This document shows, piece after piece, positions 37,812 to 46,241 of a stretch of 64,000 bases of DNA (position 1 is the stretch's first letter; every line of letters starts with the position of its first letter). This stretch comes from an uncultured Candidatus Saccharimonadales bacterium (GTDB lineage Bacteria > Patescibacteriota > Saccharimonadia > UBA4664): assembly GCA_964467655.1 (NCBI GenBank), contig CAYXSN010000003.1:34714-98713 (forward strand). Reading direction: 5' to 3'. Under the pieces are notes generated by a model. It saw only the letters and a list, made by a program, of their open reading frames with translations. It made no database searches and was not told the DNA's origin. A program made the position numbers and the translations under genes.

Positions 37812-39416
37812 GTGTCAAACAATCCCGAGCAAACTCACCAGAGCGCTGAGCGGCAGATACCGCAGCCCCAGGTCGAATACCAGGCCTTGGCCGAGCAGCT
37901 CGAACAAGCCGTCGAGCAAAATATCGTCCTCACCAACGCCGAAGATGAACTTGATGAAACAGATGTTCAAGCAGCCATCGATGCTATTCCGGGACTGCAA
38001 CTGCTCAAACAGTTAGGCGCCAGACACACCAAGGAGGCTGGTCGGGTCCGTGAAGGAGGCCTCTATCGGCCAAATCCCAATATATTAAACACCGAAAAAC
38101 CATTTATCGAGATTATGTCTGCCCAGGCTAATTTGGAGCAAGGACGCAGCACATACCTAAAGTCTGGCGCCGATAGTTATCTGCGAACACTGCAGTACAG
38201 TAGCCAGCCCCTGACCGCTGAAGATATTTGGCTGACCCAAATATCACTTTCTAGCTACAATCCGGCGGCACTCAATGCCTACGGACTACCCGAAAGCACC
38301 AGCCGCCCGCAATTTGAGCATTTCAAAAATCAAGTTAAAGCCTGTTTGGCAGATTACCTGGAATTCTTAAAGCCTCAAGGGTCTTCGGACTTCCTCGACA
38401 AACAAACTATTCCTTTCGAAGATCTCAATGCCGTCCATCAACCCGCAGACGTATCGCCCGAACTCCATGATCTCCTCACTGAAAGAGCCAGGATTCAGCA
38501 AGCGATGTACGAATTATTGACGGAGCACCACCAAGCCACCGCCGCTCAAAGCACCACAGACCGGTCATTGGCCGACCAAACTAAACGTACCCGAACCGCC
38601 CGCCAGCAGCTCGAAGGCACACAGCCAGAGCGAAGCCAGGAAACCCTCTCCGACCCAGAGCAACAGCTCATAGATCAAGCCCTGGCTGCAGCTCGCGGCC
38701 AGACGTATGTAAACACTGATATGGTCGGCAGCGTCGAGTTAACTTCGAGTTCAGGCTCATCAGACAAACGCCTGACAGATGTTGGCTATCAATATTTCAG
38801 CGATATTCCACACGCAGCCGCATACACGGCTGTAATCAGAAACGAAATTCTGGATACCCATAGGCAAACTACGCGAGAACTACCCCAGACACTCGCTGAA
38901 TCTGTTATCTTAACCCCGGCAAACGAGGACATTACCGAAACTACTGAGCACGAAGTTAAGGTACCTGGACTGAGAGGGTTCTTCGGACAAACCAGAACTG
39001 TCTCGGAAACCACAGTGACAGGACAAAGGCCAAGAGCAATCACAAACCTCGCTACCGGCGAAACGGAGCCAGGTATATACCTAGACTATCAGTTCAAGCC
39101 AACAAGAGAGATTGGCGACAGTATCGACTATAAGTGTAGCGACGGACGATCAGGTAACTACCTGCTTTGCCGGGTTCTCATTCCGGAATCCGTTGCCAAC
39201 GAGCTACAGGCGGCTATCATAAACAAGCCAACCATTGTTCGCGAATTAGTACACCAACTACTTGTCCAAAACGGGGGATTACCGGAAGACTTCTGGGAAG
39301 GAACCGACCAAAGGCGAGCTTATCCGGTCAGGCCCGCATACGAAAAGCTACCCACAAGCTGGACAGTGGCCCTACGTACGGCGGACCAAGCCTGGCATGA
39401 GCTGCCAACCAGTTAG
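37812..39416 (+). CDS. Hypothetical protein (534 aa, acidic and Gln-rich, no transmembrane helix)
   Basis: Long clean ORF 14 bp downstream of pgi. No family motif recognised. Confidence 0.45.
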   Translation: MSNNPEQTHQSAERQIPQPQVEYQALAEQLEQAVEQNIVLTNAEDELDETDVQAAIDAIPGLQLLKQLGARHTKEAGRVREGGLYRPNPNILNTEKPFIEIMSAQANLEQGRSTYLKSGADSYLRTLQYSSQPLTAEDIWLTQISLSSYNPAALNAYGLPESTSRPQFEHFKNQVKACLADYLEFLKPQGSSDFLDKQTIPFEDLNAVHQPADVSPELHDLLTERARIQQAMYELLTEHHQATAAQSTTDRSLADQTKRTRTARQQLEGTQPERSQETLSDPEQQLIDQALAAARGQTYVNTDMVGSVELTSSSGSSDKRLTDVGYQYFSDIPHAAAYTAVIRNEILDTHRQTTRELPQTLAESVILTPANEDITETTEHEVKVPGLRGFFGQTRTVSETTVTGQRPRAITNLATGETEPGIYLDYQFKPTREIGDSIDYKCSDGRSGNYLLCRVLIPESVANELQAAIINKPTIVRELVHQLLVQNGGLPEDFWEGTDQRRAYPVRPAYEKLPTSWTVALRTADQAWHELPTS

Positions 39417-40189
39417 GTTTTTTGCAAGATCTGTTGCCTCGCCCGAATCTGGCGCAGCGCTGTCAGAGCCCGCCAGCTATCCTGCCAGGTATCAACCTTA
39501 CTCTCCCGCTGAGGAAACCGCTTTTCCACCCAATGAATCGGCACTTCAGCCACTTCCAGATGTTTGGTACGCGCCAAGACGACGAGTTCAGTATCAAGGA
39601 ACCAGCCGGATTGCCGGCAATCGTCCACCAGCACCTCAACCGCCGCCGGACTCAAAGCCTTAACGGCGCACTGGGAATCGCTCACCCGCACCCCAAACAT
39701 GAGAAAATTCATCGCCCTGAGCCCCAGCGTCATCAAGCGCCGGTGCCAGGGCCGATACCCAGTCCGATGACTCATTACCAAATCGGCGCCATAATGCAGC
39801 GGCGCCAATACCAGAGCCAGATCTTTCATATCACAGGGCAGATCTACATCAATGTACAGGTACGTCTTGGCCTCAAGAGTAGCCATCACTTCGCGCAAAG
39901 CCAATCCACGGCCTTTCGCTCGACAAACAACCAATCTGACCAGCTCCCCGTACTTCGCTTCCAACTGCCTGCCAGTTGCCTCTGTGGCATCGGTCGAGCC
40001 ATTGCTCGCTATCACAATCTGCCACCGGCTGGTCCCCGGGAGAGCCGTTAGGCCTTGCACTAACATCGCAATCGCCTCGGTCAAGACTATGGCTTCGTTA
40101 TACACCGGCACCACGCACACGAGATCAAAGATAGCTGGTTCTTTGTGAGTCACCGAGACGCCGCCTGCCTCAGATCGTACACCCACCAA
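39413..40189 (-). CDS. Family-2 glycosyltransferase (polyprenol-phosphate sugar transferase-like)
   Basis: VVPVYNEA N-terminal motif, then an acidic DxD region (YIDVDLPCD). Confidence 0.7.
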   Translation of the reverse strand: MVGVRSEAGGVSVTHKEPAIFDLVCVVPVYNEAIVLTEAIAMLVQGLTALPGTSRWQIVIASNGSTDATEATGRQLEAKYGELVRLVVCRAKGRGLALREVMATLEAKTYLYIDVDLPCDMKDLALVLAPLHYGADLVMSHRTGYRPWHRRLMTLGLRAMNFLMFGVRVSDSQCAVKALSPAAVEVLVDDCRQSGWFLDTELVVLARTKHLEVAEVPIHWVEKRFPQRESKVDTWQDSWRALTALRQIRARQQILQKT

Positions 40190-42063
40190 CCACCCTCATT
40201 CGCAAACAACGTGTAGTGATCAGTGAAAAATTGTTGGTTGACTTGGTTCGACCAGATTTCGGCATCACTAAACGCCGCAAAACCTAAACCATAGTGAGCG
40301 ATCAGCTCTTGCGCACCACTCTCTCCACGCAGCATAATGCCTCGATCGGTATAAGTCTGAATCCAATTACCATCATACAAGTTATACCAGCCAGCAAATG
40401 TCATGAGCACTTTACGGTCCGCTAGCATCGTAATTGGATGGTTATGTCGATCACCGACCAAGACATAGGCGTCAGTCGGCAGGCTTGCCTGCATATGCTG
40501 TCCGAAGCGTACTTCGTCGGCGCTCAAGAGTTCATACGTTTGCCGGGGTGCCGCCAGCACCAGCAGGCAGAATCCCATAGCGGTTAAGCTCAACATGAGG
40601 CCCCCAACCGCCAAGCGCCCCCACCAGGTTCTTAGCCAGGGCGCCATAATGCCAGCCGCCACAATCATAACCAGCCAAAAAGCGTACTCAAAGAACTTCA
40701 TATTGTCCCACATACTCGGCTGGAAGACGTACACGTTGCAAACAGCGAATATGCCGGTCGCCGCCAGGTACACTACCCAAAGCTCAGCTTTCGCCCGAAT
40801 CCGTCGCAACCAAAACCATCCACCCACAAGTACCACAAACAACCAGCCAGTATTAACTAGCCAAAAAGCCCACCAGTTAGCTGTGGGATCAGGATAAAAA
40901 TCAGCCATCTTCCAGCCCCAAATCCAGTGGCTGAAACCACTATGGTAGGTCGTGCTAAACTGCCAGATAATTTGCGGCAACGCCACAGCCAAGCCCGTGC
41001 CAATCATCAACCACCAACCAGCAGGCACCCGGTAGCGCGACCACCACATGATGCCCGTCGCCAATGCCAGCCCACCGACACTCACCATGAAGCTGTGGGT
41101 GTGTACCAGCGGCATCAATCCCAACACAACTCCCGCCACCACGGCTCCGACCTGTCGGGTCCGCACCGCCCGCTGTTTGCGCTGTCGCCACAGCTCCAAT
41201 GCCACAGTCATAACCACAATGAACAAAGGCATACCAAACAAATAAGCCCGCTGGGGTAGGGGATGAGAATACATAAAATTCAGGTAGTTGTCACCGATGT
41301 GTCTGATCTCAGTCAGAAACGCCTCATAGCCTTGAGTAACCAGTACTTTGCCAACCCGCCAGCCGCTAGTCGTCGAGCCGGAGAATACGATCATCAGCCA
41401 GCTCAAAAAAGCTGCCCGGGCCGAGCCCAGCAGCCGGTAGGCAAAACTAAACATCAGCTGAAGCAACGCCAGTAACATGATTGCCGATGGCACCATCAGA
41501 CTGACGGTCCAATTACCGCCCAGCCGGCGACTCACTGCCGACCACAAGTCGCTCATAATCGGATAGGTGAGAGCTACTTGCTTATAAACCGGCGATATCA
41601 GATCAAGCTTGTCACCGAGCGAAAACTGATTCGTCAAACTCACGTGCAGGGGAGCATCGCCCCACACATTGCCATTGGCATACCACACGCCGTCTGCCCC
41701 CGGAAATTGGTAGCTCACAACCGTCAACCACATGAGCCAGCCGGCTACCGGTACCGCTACCAGCCAACCCAGGACCATACCCAGCCGGCTATGAGTGTAG
41801 GGTAAGCTCGTCACATGGCAACGACGGGGCAAGCGCCACCAGCTCAAAGCCATAGCCAAAAGCAAGAGAGAGGGCATCACGGTCATGGTCAGGTTCCAGC
41901 CGACAGTTACCGCCCCAGCAAAAAACACCCAAGCGCACAAAGCAAACCCAATCGCCACACTGGCTGCCAAGGCCTCCAATCGTCGCCACGTCACCGGCAG
42001 CTGGCGCACCACCTGCCAGCCCACAGCTACCGCCAATATTTGCAGTACCACAGCCCACAACAT
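40150..42063 (-). CDS. Large polytopic membrane protein (putative GT-C-like glycosyltransferase/polymerase)
   Basis: 637 aa with at least 14 transmembrane helices. Overlaps the downstream GT2 gene by 40 bp. Confidence 0.5.
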   Translation of the reverse strand: MLWAVVLQILAVAVGWQVVRQLPVTWRRLEALAASVAIGFALCAWVFFAGAVTVGWNLTMTVMPSLLLLAMALSWWRLPRRCHVTSLPYTHSRLGMVLGWLVAVPVAGWLMWLTVVSYQFPGADGVWYANGNVWGDAPLHVSLTNQFSLGDKLDLISPVYKQVALTYPIMSDLWSAVSRRLGGNWTVSLMVPSAIMLLALLQLMFSFAYRLLGSARAAFLSWLMIVFSGSTTSGWRVGKVLVTQGYEAFLTEIRHIGDNYLNFMYSHPLPQRAYLFGMPLFIVVMTVALELWRQRKQRAVRTRQVGAVVAGVVLGLMPLVHTHSFMVSVGGLALATGIMWWSRYRVPAGWWLMIGTGLAVALPQIIWQFSTTYHSGFSHWIWGWKMADFYPDPTANWWAFWLVNTGWLFVVLVGGWFWLRRIRAKAELWVVYLAATGIFAVCNVYVFQPSMWDNMKFFEYAFWLVMIVAAGIMAPWLRTWWGRLAVGGLMLSLTAMGFCLLVLAAPRQTYELLSADEVRFGQHMQASLPTDAYVLVGDRHNHPITMLADRKVLMTFAGWYNLYDGNWIQTYTDRGIMLRGESGAQELIAHYGLGFAAFSDAEIWSNQVNQQFFTDHYTLFANEGGWWVYDLRQAASR

Positions 42064-42521
42064 CTTGAATCAATGGTAGCACACGCTGCTGTAGAACAGT
42101 TTATGAAAGCCGAGCAATCACTTGTTTATAAAAAATTTGGGCATATCTTAAGACGCTATATCGGCCAGATGAAGCGCTTCAAATAGTACCTGTTCATCTC
42201 AGCCACACGACACGCTTCTCACACAACACGCTTCTCACACAAATAGGGCAGTTTCCGCCTAATTTTTGTTCCTAATGTGGTGCGGCTTATCTTGTATTTT
42301 CGCACTTTTGTAAATTTAGGCGGTTTTTGCCCCATTTTGCCAGCGTAAGCAACCATACCATTCAGACAAGCTTAGCCTAATCGAGCTATGCCAAATGATA
42401 CAATATCTCCAATAGTAGGTAATCAGAGCCCAATCGCAAATGCCAGAACATTTGAAAGAACCACCATCGGAAGTTGCCCATTCAGGGCAAACCGAGAACC
42501 CCGACCGGGCTATGACAGTTA

Positions 42522-43224
42522 AGCTCATGGAGCGTATGCGAGCATCCGAGGCATCGACCACCCCACGAGAGCGTACGTAACCAGTTGCTCCAAGAAGCAT
42601 TTGATCAAGCTAAAAAGCTCAATGAACCAGATATGGCGGGGCTAACTCTTGGTCTATCGATCAACGCTATTCACTACTTTGCTGATGGCAACGGGCGCAC
42701 TGCTCGCATGGTCTACGCACTCCTCCAAAACGGCTACGACGGGTCTGCCGAAGCCAATGTACCAACATGTCGCGCAAGAGAAAGGGTACGGGCAAGCTTT
42801 TGCAAATCGGCCGCCAACCTATATCTTTGGAGCCTATGATGACGATACGTTGGGAGGCGAAGAATCGCGAGAGCACCTCCTGGTAGCCGAGAATATCGAT
42901 GATACGGGCCGAGAAATGCTACACGAGGCTCTGCAGAGTGGCGGCATGGAAATAATCTCGCTCATGGCTGCCTTCCCTCCTGAAAGAGTCGGGCAATATA
43001 TCAAAACTTCGTCTGACGGCAGGCGTACCTATCTCGAGGGGGGAAGGCTCCTGCCAACCCTCACACCGGCCGAAATCAAGCAGTGGTGGACTGCCTCACA
43101 CCAGCAGACAGTAAATTACGTCCACAAGATCATTCATTTTGCCGACCGACCTGATGCTGCCAACATTGCCGGGTGGTATCGAAAACGCAATCAGCAGATT
43201 CCAAAACCTGCGAGCGAACAATAA
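42522..43224 (+). pseudogene. Fic/Doc-family remnant (Fic motif HYFADGNGRTAR) with N-terminal truncation and a probable frameshift
   Basis: The motif frame is open only from 42522 to 42839, with no N-terminal Fic core. A second frame (42649-43224) continues with a plausible protein sequence. Confidence 0.35.
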
Positions 43225-43240
43225 CAAACAAATAATTCCT

Positions 43241-43333
43241 TGGCGGAGAGGGAGAGATTCGAACTCTCGCGGGGGATTACTCCCCCCTACAGGTTTAGCA
43301 AACCCGCCCCTTCAGCCTCTTGGGTACCTCTCC
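43241..43333 (-). tRNA. tRNA-Ser (anticodon GCT), 93 nt with an encoded CCA
   Basis: Reverse complement GGAGAGG-TA-CCC...GGG-CGGGT-TTGCTAA-ACCTG-long variable arm-GAGAG-TTCGAAT-CTCTC-CCTCTCC-G-CCA. Confidence 0.8.
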
Positions 43334-43370
43334 GCGAAACTTGGCTGAACCTGCCTAATATACGATATTT

Positions 43371-44039
43371 CTAGTGCCTTGCCAAGGCCAAGCCCCACAC
43401 CGTGCTCGCCCCAGCCGTCTTTAACACCCGAGCGCATTCATTCAAAGTGGCGCCCGTAGTCACCACGTCGTCTACCACCAGCACCCGCTCGCCGGAAAGA
43501 CCATGCAAACCATAAAACACACCGCCCACTCGCCTTAATCTTTCGGCACGACCCAGACCCAATTGGTGGTCGCTCGACTGCCGCGCCAAGAGCGGCAGAT
43601 AGGGAATACCCGACCGCCGAGCTACCGCTCGGGCCAATAGTTCGCTCTGGTTATAACCTCGCTCACGATAGCGCCCCGGACTGACTGGCACACTAGTAAC
43701 CGCGTCAAAACGCTCCTGCTCCCACAAAGGTTCAAAAAAGCGTGCCAAATCGGGCGCTGCCCACCGCAGAGCCTGAAACTTCAGATCAAGCACCGCCTGC
43801 TTCACAGGTCCGTCGTAGTGCAAAGCCACGCTCACACCAGCCAATTGGTCGACACCACTCAATGCCCGGCTGCAGCACCTCTCACACGTCCGGCCTTGCC
43901 ACGACGCCACGCCGCAGCCGGCACATTGCTGAACCCGCAACCGCCAAGTCTCACCACACGTACGACACAAAGCTGAACCTTCACGACCACATGAGGTACA
44001 TGCCAAGGGCACCAATAGCTGCATCAACCGGCCAATCAT
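43371..44039 (-). CDS. comFC: Competence protein ComF (ComFC): zinc-finger plus PRTase domain
   Basis: N-terminal CxxC...CxxC pairs (CTSCG...CRTCG; CAGCG...CERCC) and C-terminal VLVVDDVVTTGATLNE. Start chosen at the Met 17 equivalent (44039). Confidence 0.75.
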   Translation of the reverse strand: MIGRLMQLLVPLACTSCGREGSALCRTCGETWRLRVQQCAGCGVASWQGRTCERCCSRALSGVDQLAGVSVALHYDGPVKQAVLDLKFQALRWAAPDLARFFEPLWEQERFDAVTSVPVSPGRYRERGYNQSELLARAVARRSGIPYLPLLARQSSDHQLGLGRAERLRRVGGVFYGLHGLSGERVLVVDDVVTTGATLNECARVLKTAGASTVWGLALARH

Positions 44040-44145
44040 ACCTGAAAACCTTGCTTTTCTCCTAAAATTTCTACTATAATAATGCAAAGACGTTCCTTAC
44101 GCCTACTAGTTTGTAGCCTAAATAATTTTTTGGAGAACCCCCGCC

Positions 44146-44580
44146 GTGATGCCAGGCAAGAAATCAGCCCCCGAACCACAAGACAATGTCCTGCAGGACG
44201 ACTTTCTCGACACCCCCATGGAGGGTGACGACGACTGGATGGCTGAAGCCGAGGGTCAACTAGCGGTAGATGTCTACCAGACCAAAGAAAACGTTGTCAT
44301 CAAGGCACCCATCGCCGGCGTCACGCCCGACAAAATCGACATCGAAGTCGCCGAAGATGTCGTCACCATCCGTGGTGAGCGGGTTGAAAACCGCGAAGTC
44401 GACCGCGAGCACTACTACGTCCAAGAGTGCTACTGGGGTGCTTTTAGTCGCTCAGTCATCCTGCCTACCTCCACGATCGCCGAAAAAGCAGCCGCAAGCC
44501 TCAAAGACGGCGTCCTTACCGTCACCATCCCTAAGGTTGCTCAAGACAAGGTCAAAAAGATCAAGGTTAAGCCAGTTTAA
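44146..44580 (+). CDS. Hsp20/alpha-crystallin-family small heat-shock protein
   Basis: Alpha-crystallin domain AVDVYQTKENVVIKAPIAGVTPDKIDIEV...VVTIRGER...GAFSRSVILP. Confidence 0.9.
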   Translation: MMPGKKSAPEPQDNVLQDDFLDTPMEGDDDWMAEAEGQLAVDVYQTKENVVIKAPIAGVTPDKIDIEVAEDVVTIRGERVENREVDREHYYVQECYWGAFSRSVILPTSTIAEKAAASLKDGVLTVTIPKVAQDKVKKIKVKPV

Positions 44581-44603
44581 GCCGGCGGCCGTTACCAGGC
44601 CAC

Positions 44604-44633
44604 TAAAAAACCCCGGTTTCCCGGGGTTTTTTA
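44604..44633. terminator. Bidirectional rho-independent terminator (aaaaaaccccgg-tttc-ccggggtttttt)
   Basis: Perfect GC stem flanked by an A-run and a T-run. Serves both the hsp20 gene (+) and the convergent pilin-like gene (-). Confidence 0.75.
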
Positions 44634-44652
44634 GTACGGACCGGCAAACTTG

Positions 44653-45096
44653 TCAGCCGGTACTCTTAGCCAAGGCGCTAATCACGAACTGGACCAGGGC
44701 AAACGAGATAACAGCTACCACGATACCAATGACGGCGTAAAGGATAGTGTTTTTAGCCTGCTCAACATTGCTCTTCTCACCCTGAGAGATAACGTAGCGC
44801 AAACCGCCGATGATCAGGAAGATGACTGATACGGCACCTACCAGGAACACTAAAGTGTTGGCCACCGTCTGGAAGACGCCGCCTTCGGCGAACAGGTTGT
44901 TGCTCGTACCGTTAGCCTTGGCACAACTGGCACCCGAGTTCAATGGGTCTGCCGAATCGAAGCCGTCAGAACAAGCGGCATACGCCGGGGCGCTCACAGC
45001 CACTGCTGCCGCTACCGTGCCAAACCCGAAGCCAAAGACTAGGGCCAGAGCCTGCAGCGACAACGCTGTTTTCTGGGTTAATGACATGATACTCAT
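44653..45096 (-). CDS. VirB2/TrbC-like pilin-family protein, paralog 1 (signal peptide plus two transmembrane helices)
   Basis: Signal peptide, two Cys residues, then the conserved core LIIGGLRYVISQGE...AKNTILYAVIGIVVA shared with the three downstream paralogs. Confidence 0.6.
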   Translation of the reverse strand: MSIMSLTQKTALSLQALALVFGFGFGTVAAAVAVSAPAYAACSDGFDSADPLNSGASCAKANGTSNNLFAEGGVFQTVANTLVFLVGAVSVIFLIIGGLRYVISQGEKSNVEQAKNTILYAVIGIVVAVISFALVQFVISALAKSTG

Positions 45097-45174
45097 CGAC
45101 AGGTTGTCTCCTTACTATCGTTATGATATTCCAAGTTGGTCTTAGCGTAGCATATGCACAAGCGTAAGCGCAAA

Positions 45175-45498
45175 CTAACCGGCAATGGCTTGGGTCACAA
45201 ACTGAATAATGGCGTAGGCCACGATCGACACCACCACACCAACCACTGCATACAGGATCGTATTCTTAGCTTTGCCGACAGCCCCGGTATCACCTTGAGA
45301 TAACACGTACCGCAAGCCGCCGATAATAATCATAATCACCGACACACTACCCACCACAAACACCAAAATGTTGGCAATGTTAGCGATAATGTTTGATACC
45401 GACAGGTTCGTATTGCAAGCCGTGCCACAGGCGTTTTGAGCACTCTGCCCGATGATGTCTGATGCGTTCGCTAGCATAAAGCTTAAATTGTGTTCCAT
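45175..45498 (-). CDS. VirB2/TrbC-like pilin-family protein, paralog 2
   Basis: IIIGGLRYVLSQGDTGAVGKAKNTILYAVVGVVVS core. 107 aa. Confidence 0.6.
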   Translation of the reverse strand: MEHNLSFMLANASDIIGQSAQNACGTACNTNLSVSNIIANIANILVFVVGSVSVIMIIIGGLRYVLSQGDTGAVGKAKNTILYAVVGVVVSIVAYAIIQFVTQAIAG

Positions 45499-45522
45499 GA
45501 TAATCCTCGTTTCCTTGATACA

Positions 45523-45837
45523 TTAACCAGAATAAAAATCAAACCCGTCGCCAACGTTATGGGTTATAAACCACACAATCATATAAGCCGATGCCGCCAA
45601 TACAATGCCAACTACGGCGTACAAAATGGTGTTCTTGGCCGCCTTAGCTTTGCTGGGGTCGCCTTCAGAAAGAGTAAACTGCACACCCCCATACAATAGA
45701 GCTATCAACGCCAAGCCTCCGATAAGCCCCATGAGCATAAGAGTAAGATTGCTCAGACCACCGCCGATAGTATTTACATCTGTCGGCAAACCAACTTCAT
45801 CAGAGGAAATAGTGGCAGCCAGTTTCAACAAGTTCAT
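45523..45837 (-). CDS. VirB2/TrbC-like pilin-family protein, paralog 3
   Basis: LLYGGVQFTLSEGDPSKAKAAKNTILYAVVGIVLA core. 104 aa. Confidence 0.55.
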   Translation of the reverse strand: MNLLKLAATISSDEVGLPTDVNTIGGGLSNLTLMLMGLIGGLALIALLYGGVQFTLSEGDPSKAKAAKNTILYAVVGIVLAASAYMIVWFITHNVGDGFDFYSG

Positions 45838-46211
45838 CCGGCAATGCCTTTCGTCACAAAATCAACCACTGCATAGGCACCGATCAAGAGCACCAAACCG
45901 ATCACCAGATTGGTCAGAATGTCTTTGGCCCGCTTCACTCGACCGGGATCGCCCATAGAAGTTACATAATATATTGCCGCCACGATGATCATAATGACTG
46001 CCAGCGCCCCTGAAAGGGCAATCAGAATCCTCAAGAGATTGCCCACCAAAACAAAAGCATCCGACACCGCCTTCAGATGGACATTACCTGAGGCATCACA
46101 GTTCAAACCGTCCCATAAACTGGGCAGGCCACCGGTTGTAGTGCCGCACGCTCCGACGGCTTCATCTGCTGGCAGTGCCATAGGCCTCATTATAGGAAGG
46201 GGCGATAGCAA
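45834..46211 (-). CDS. VirB2/TrbC-like pilin-family protein, paralog 4
   Basis: AAIYYVTSMGDPGRVKRAKDILTNLVIGLVLL core, two Cys in the N-terminal region. Overlaps paralog 3 by 4 bp. Confidence 0.55.
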   Translation of the reverse strand: MLSPLPIMRPMALPADEAVGACGTTTGGLPSLWDGLNCDASGNVHLKAVSDAFVLVGNLLRILIALSGALAVIMIIVAAIYYVTSMGDPGRVKRAKDILTNLVIGLVLLIGAYAVVDFVTKGIAG

Positions 46212-46241
46212 AAGTCAAAAAGCTCATGCTACAATAAGCTC

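Noticed and set aside
42316-42600. 94-aa minus-strand ORF upstream of the Fic remnant
   Set aside because: It is Cys/Trp-rich, overlaps the intergenic repeats, and has no start context. It is judged spurious.
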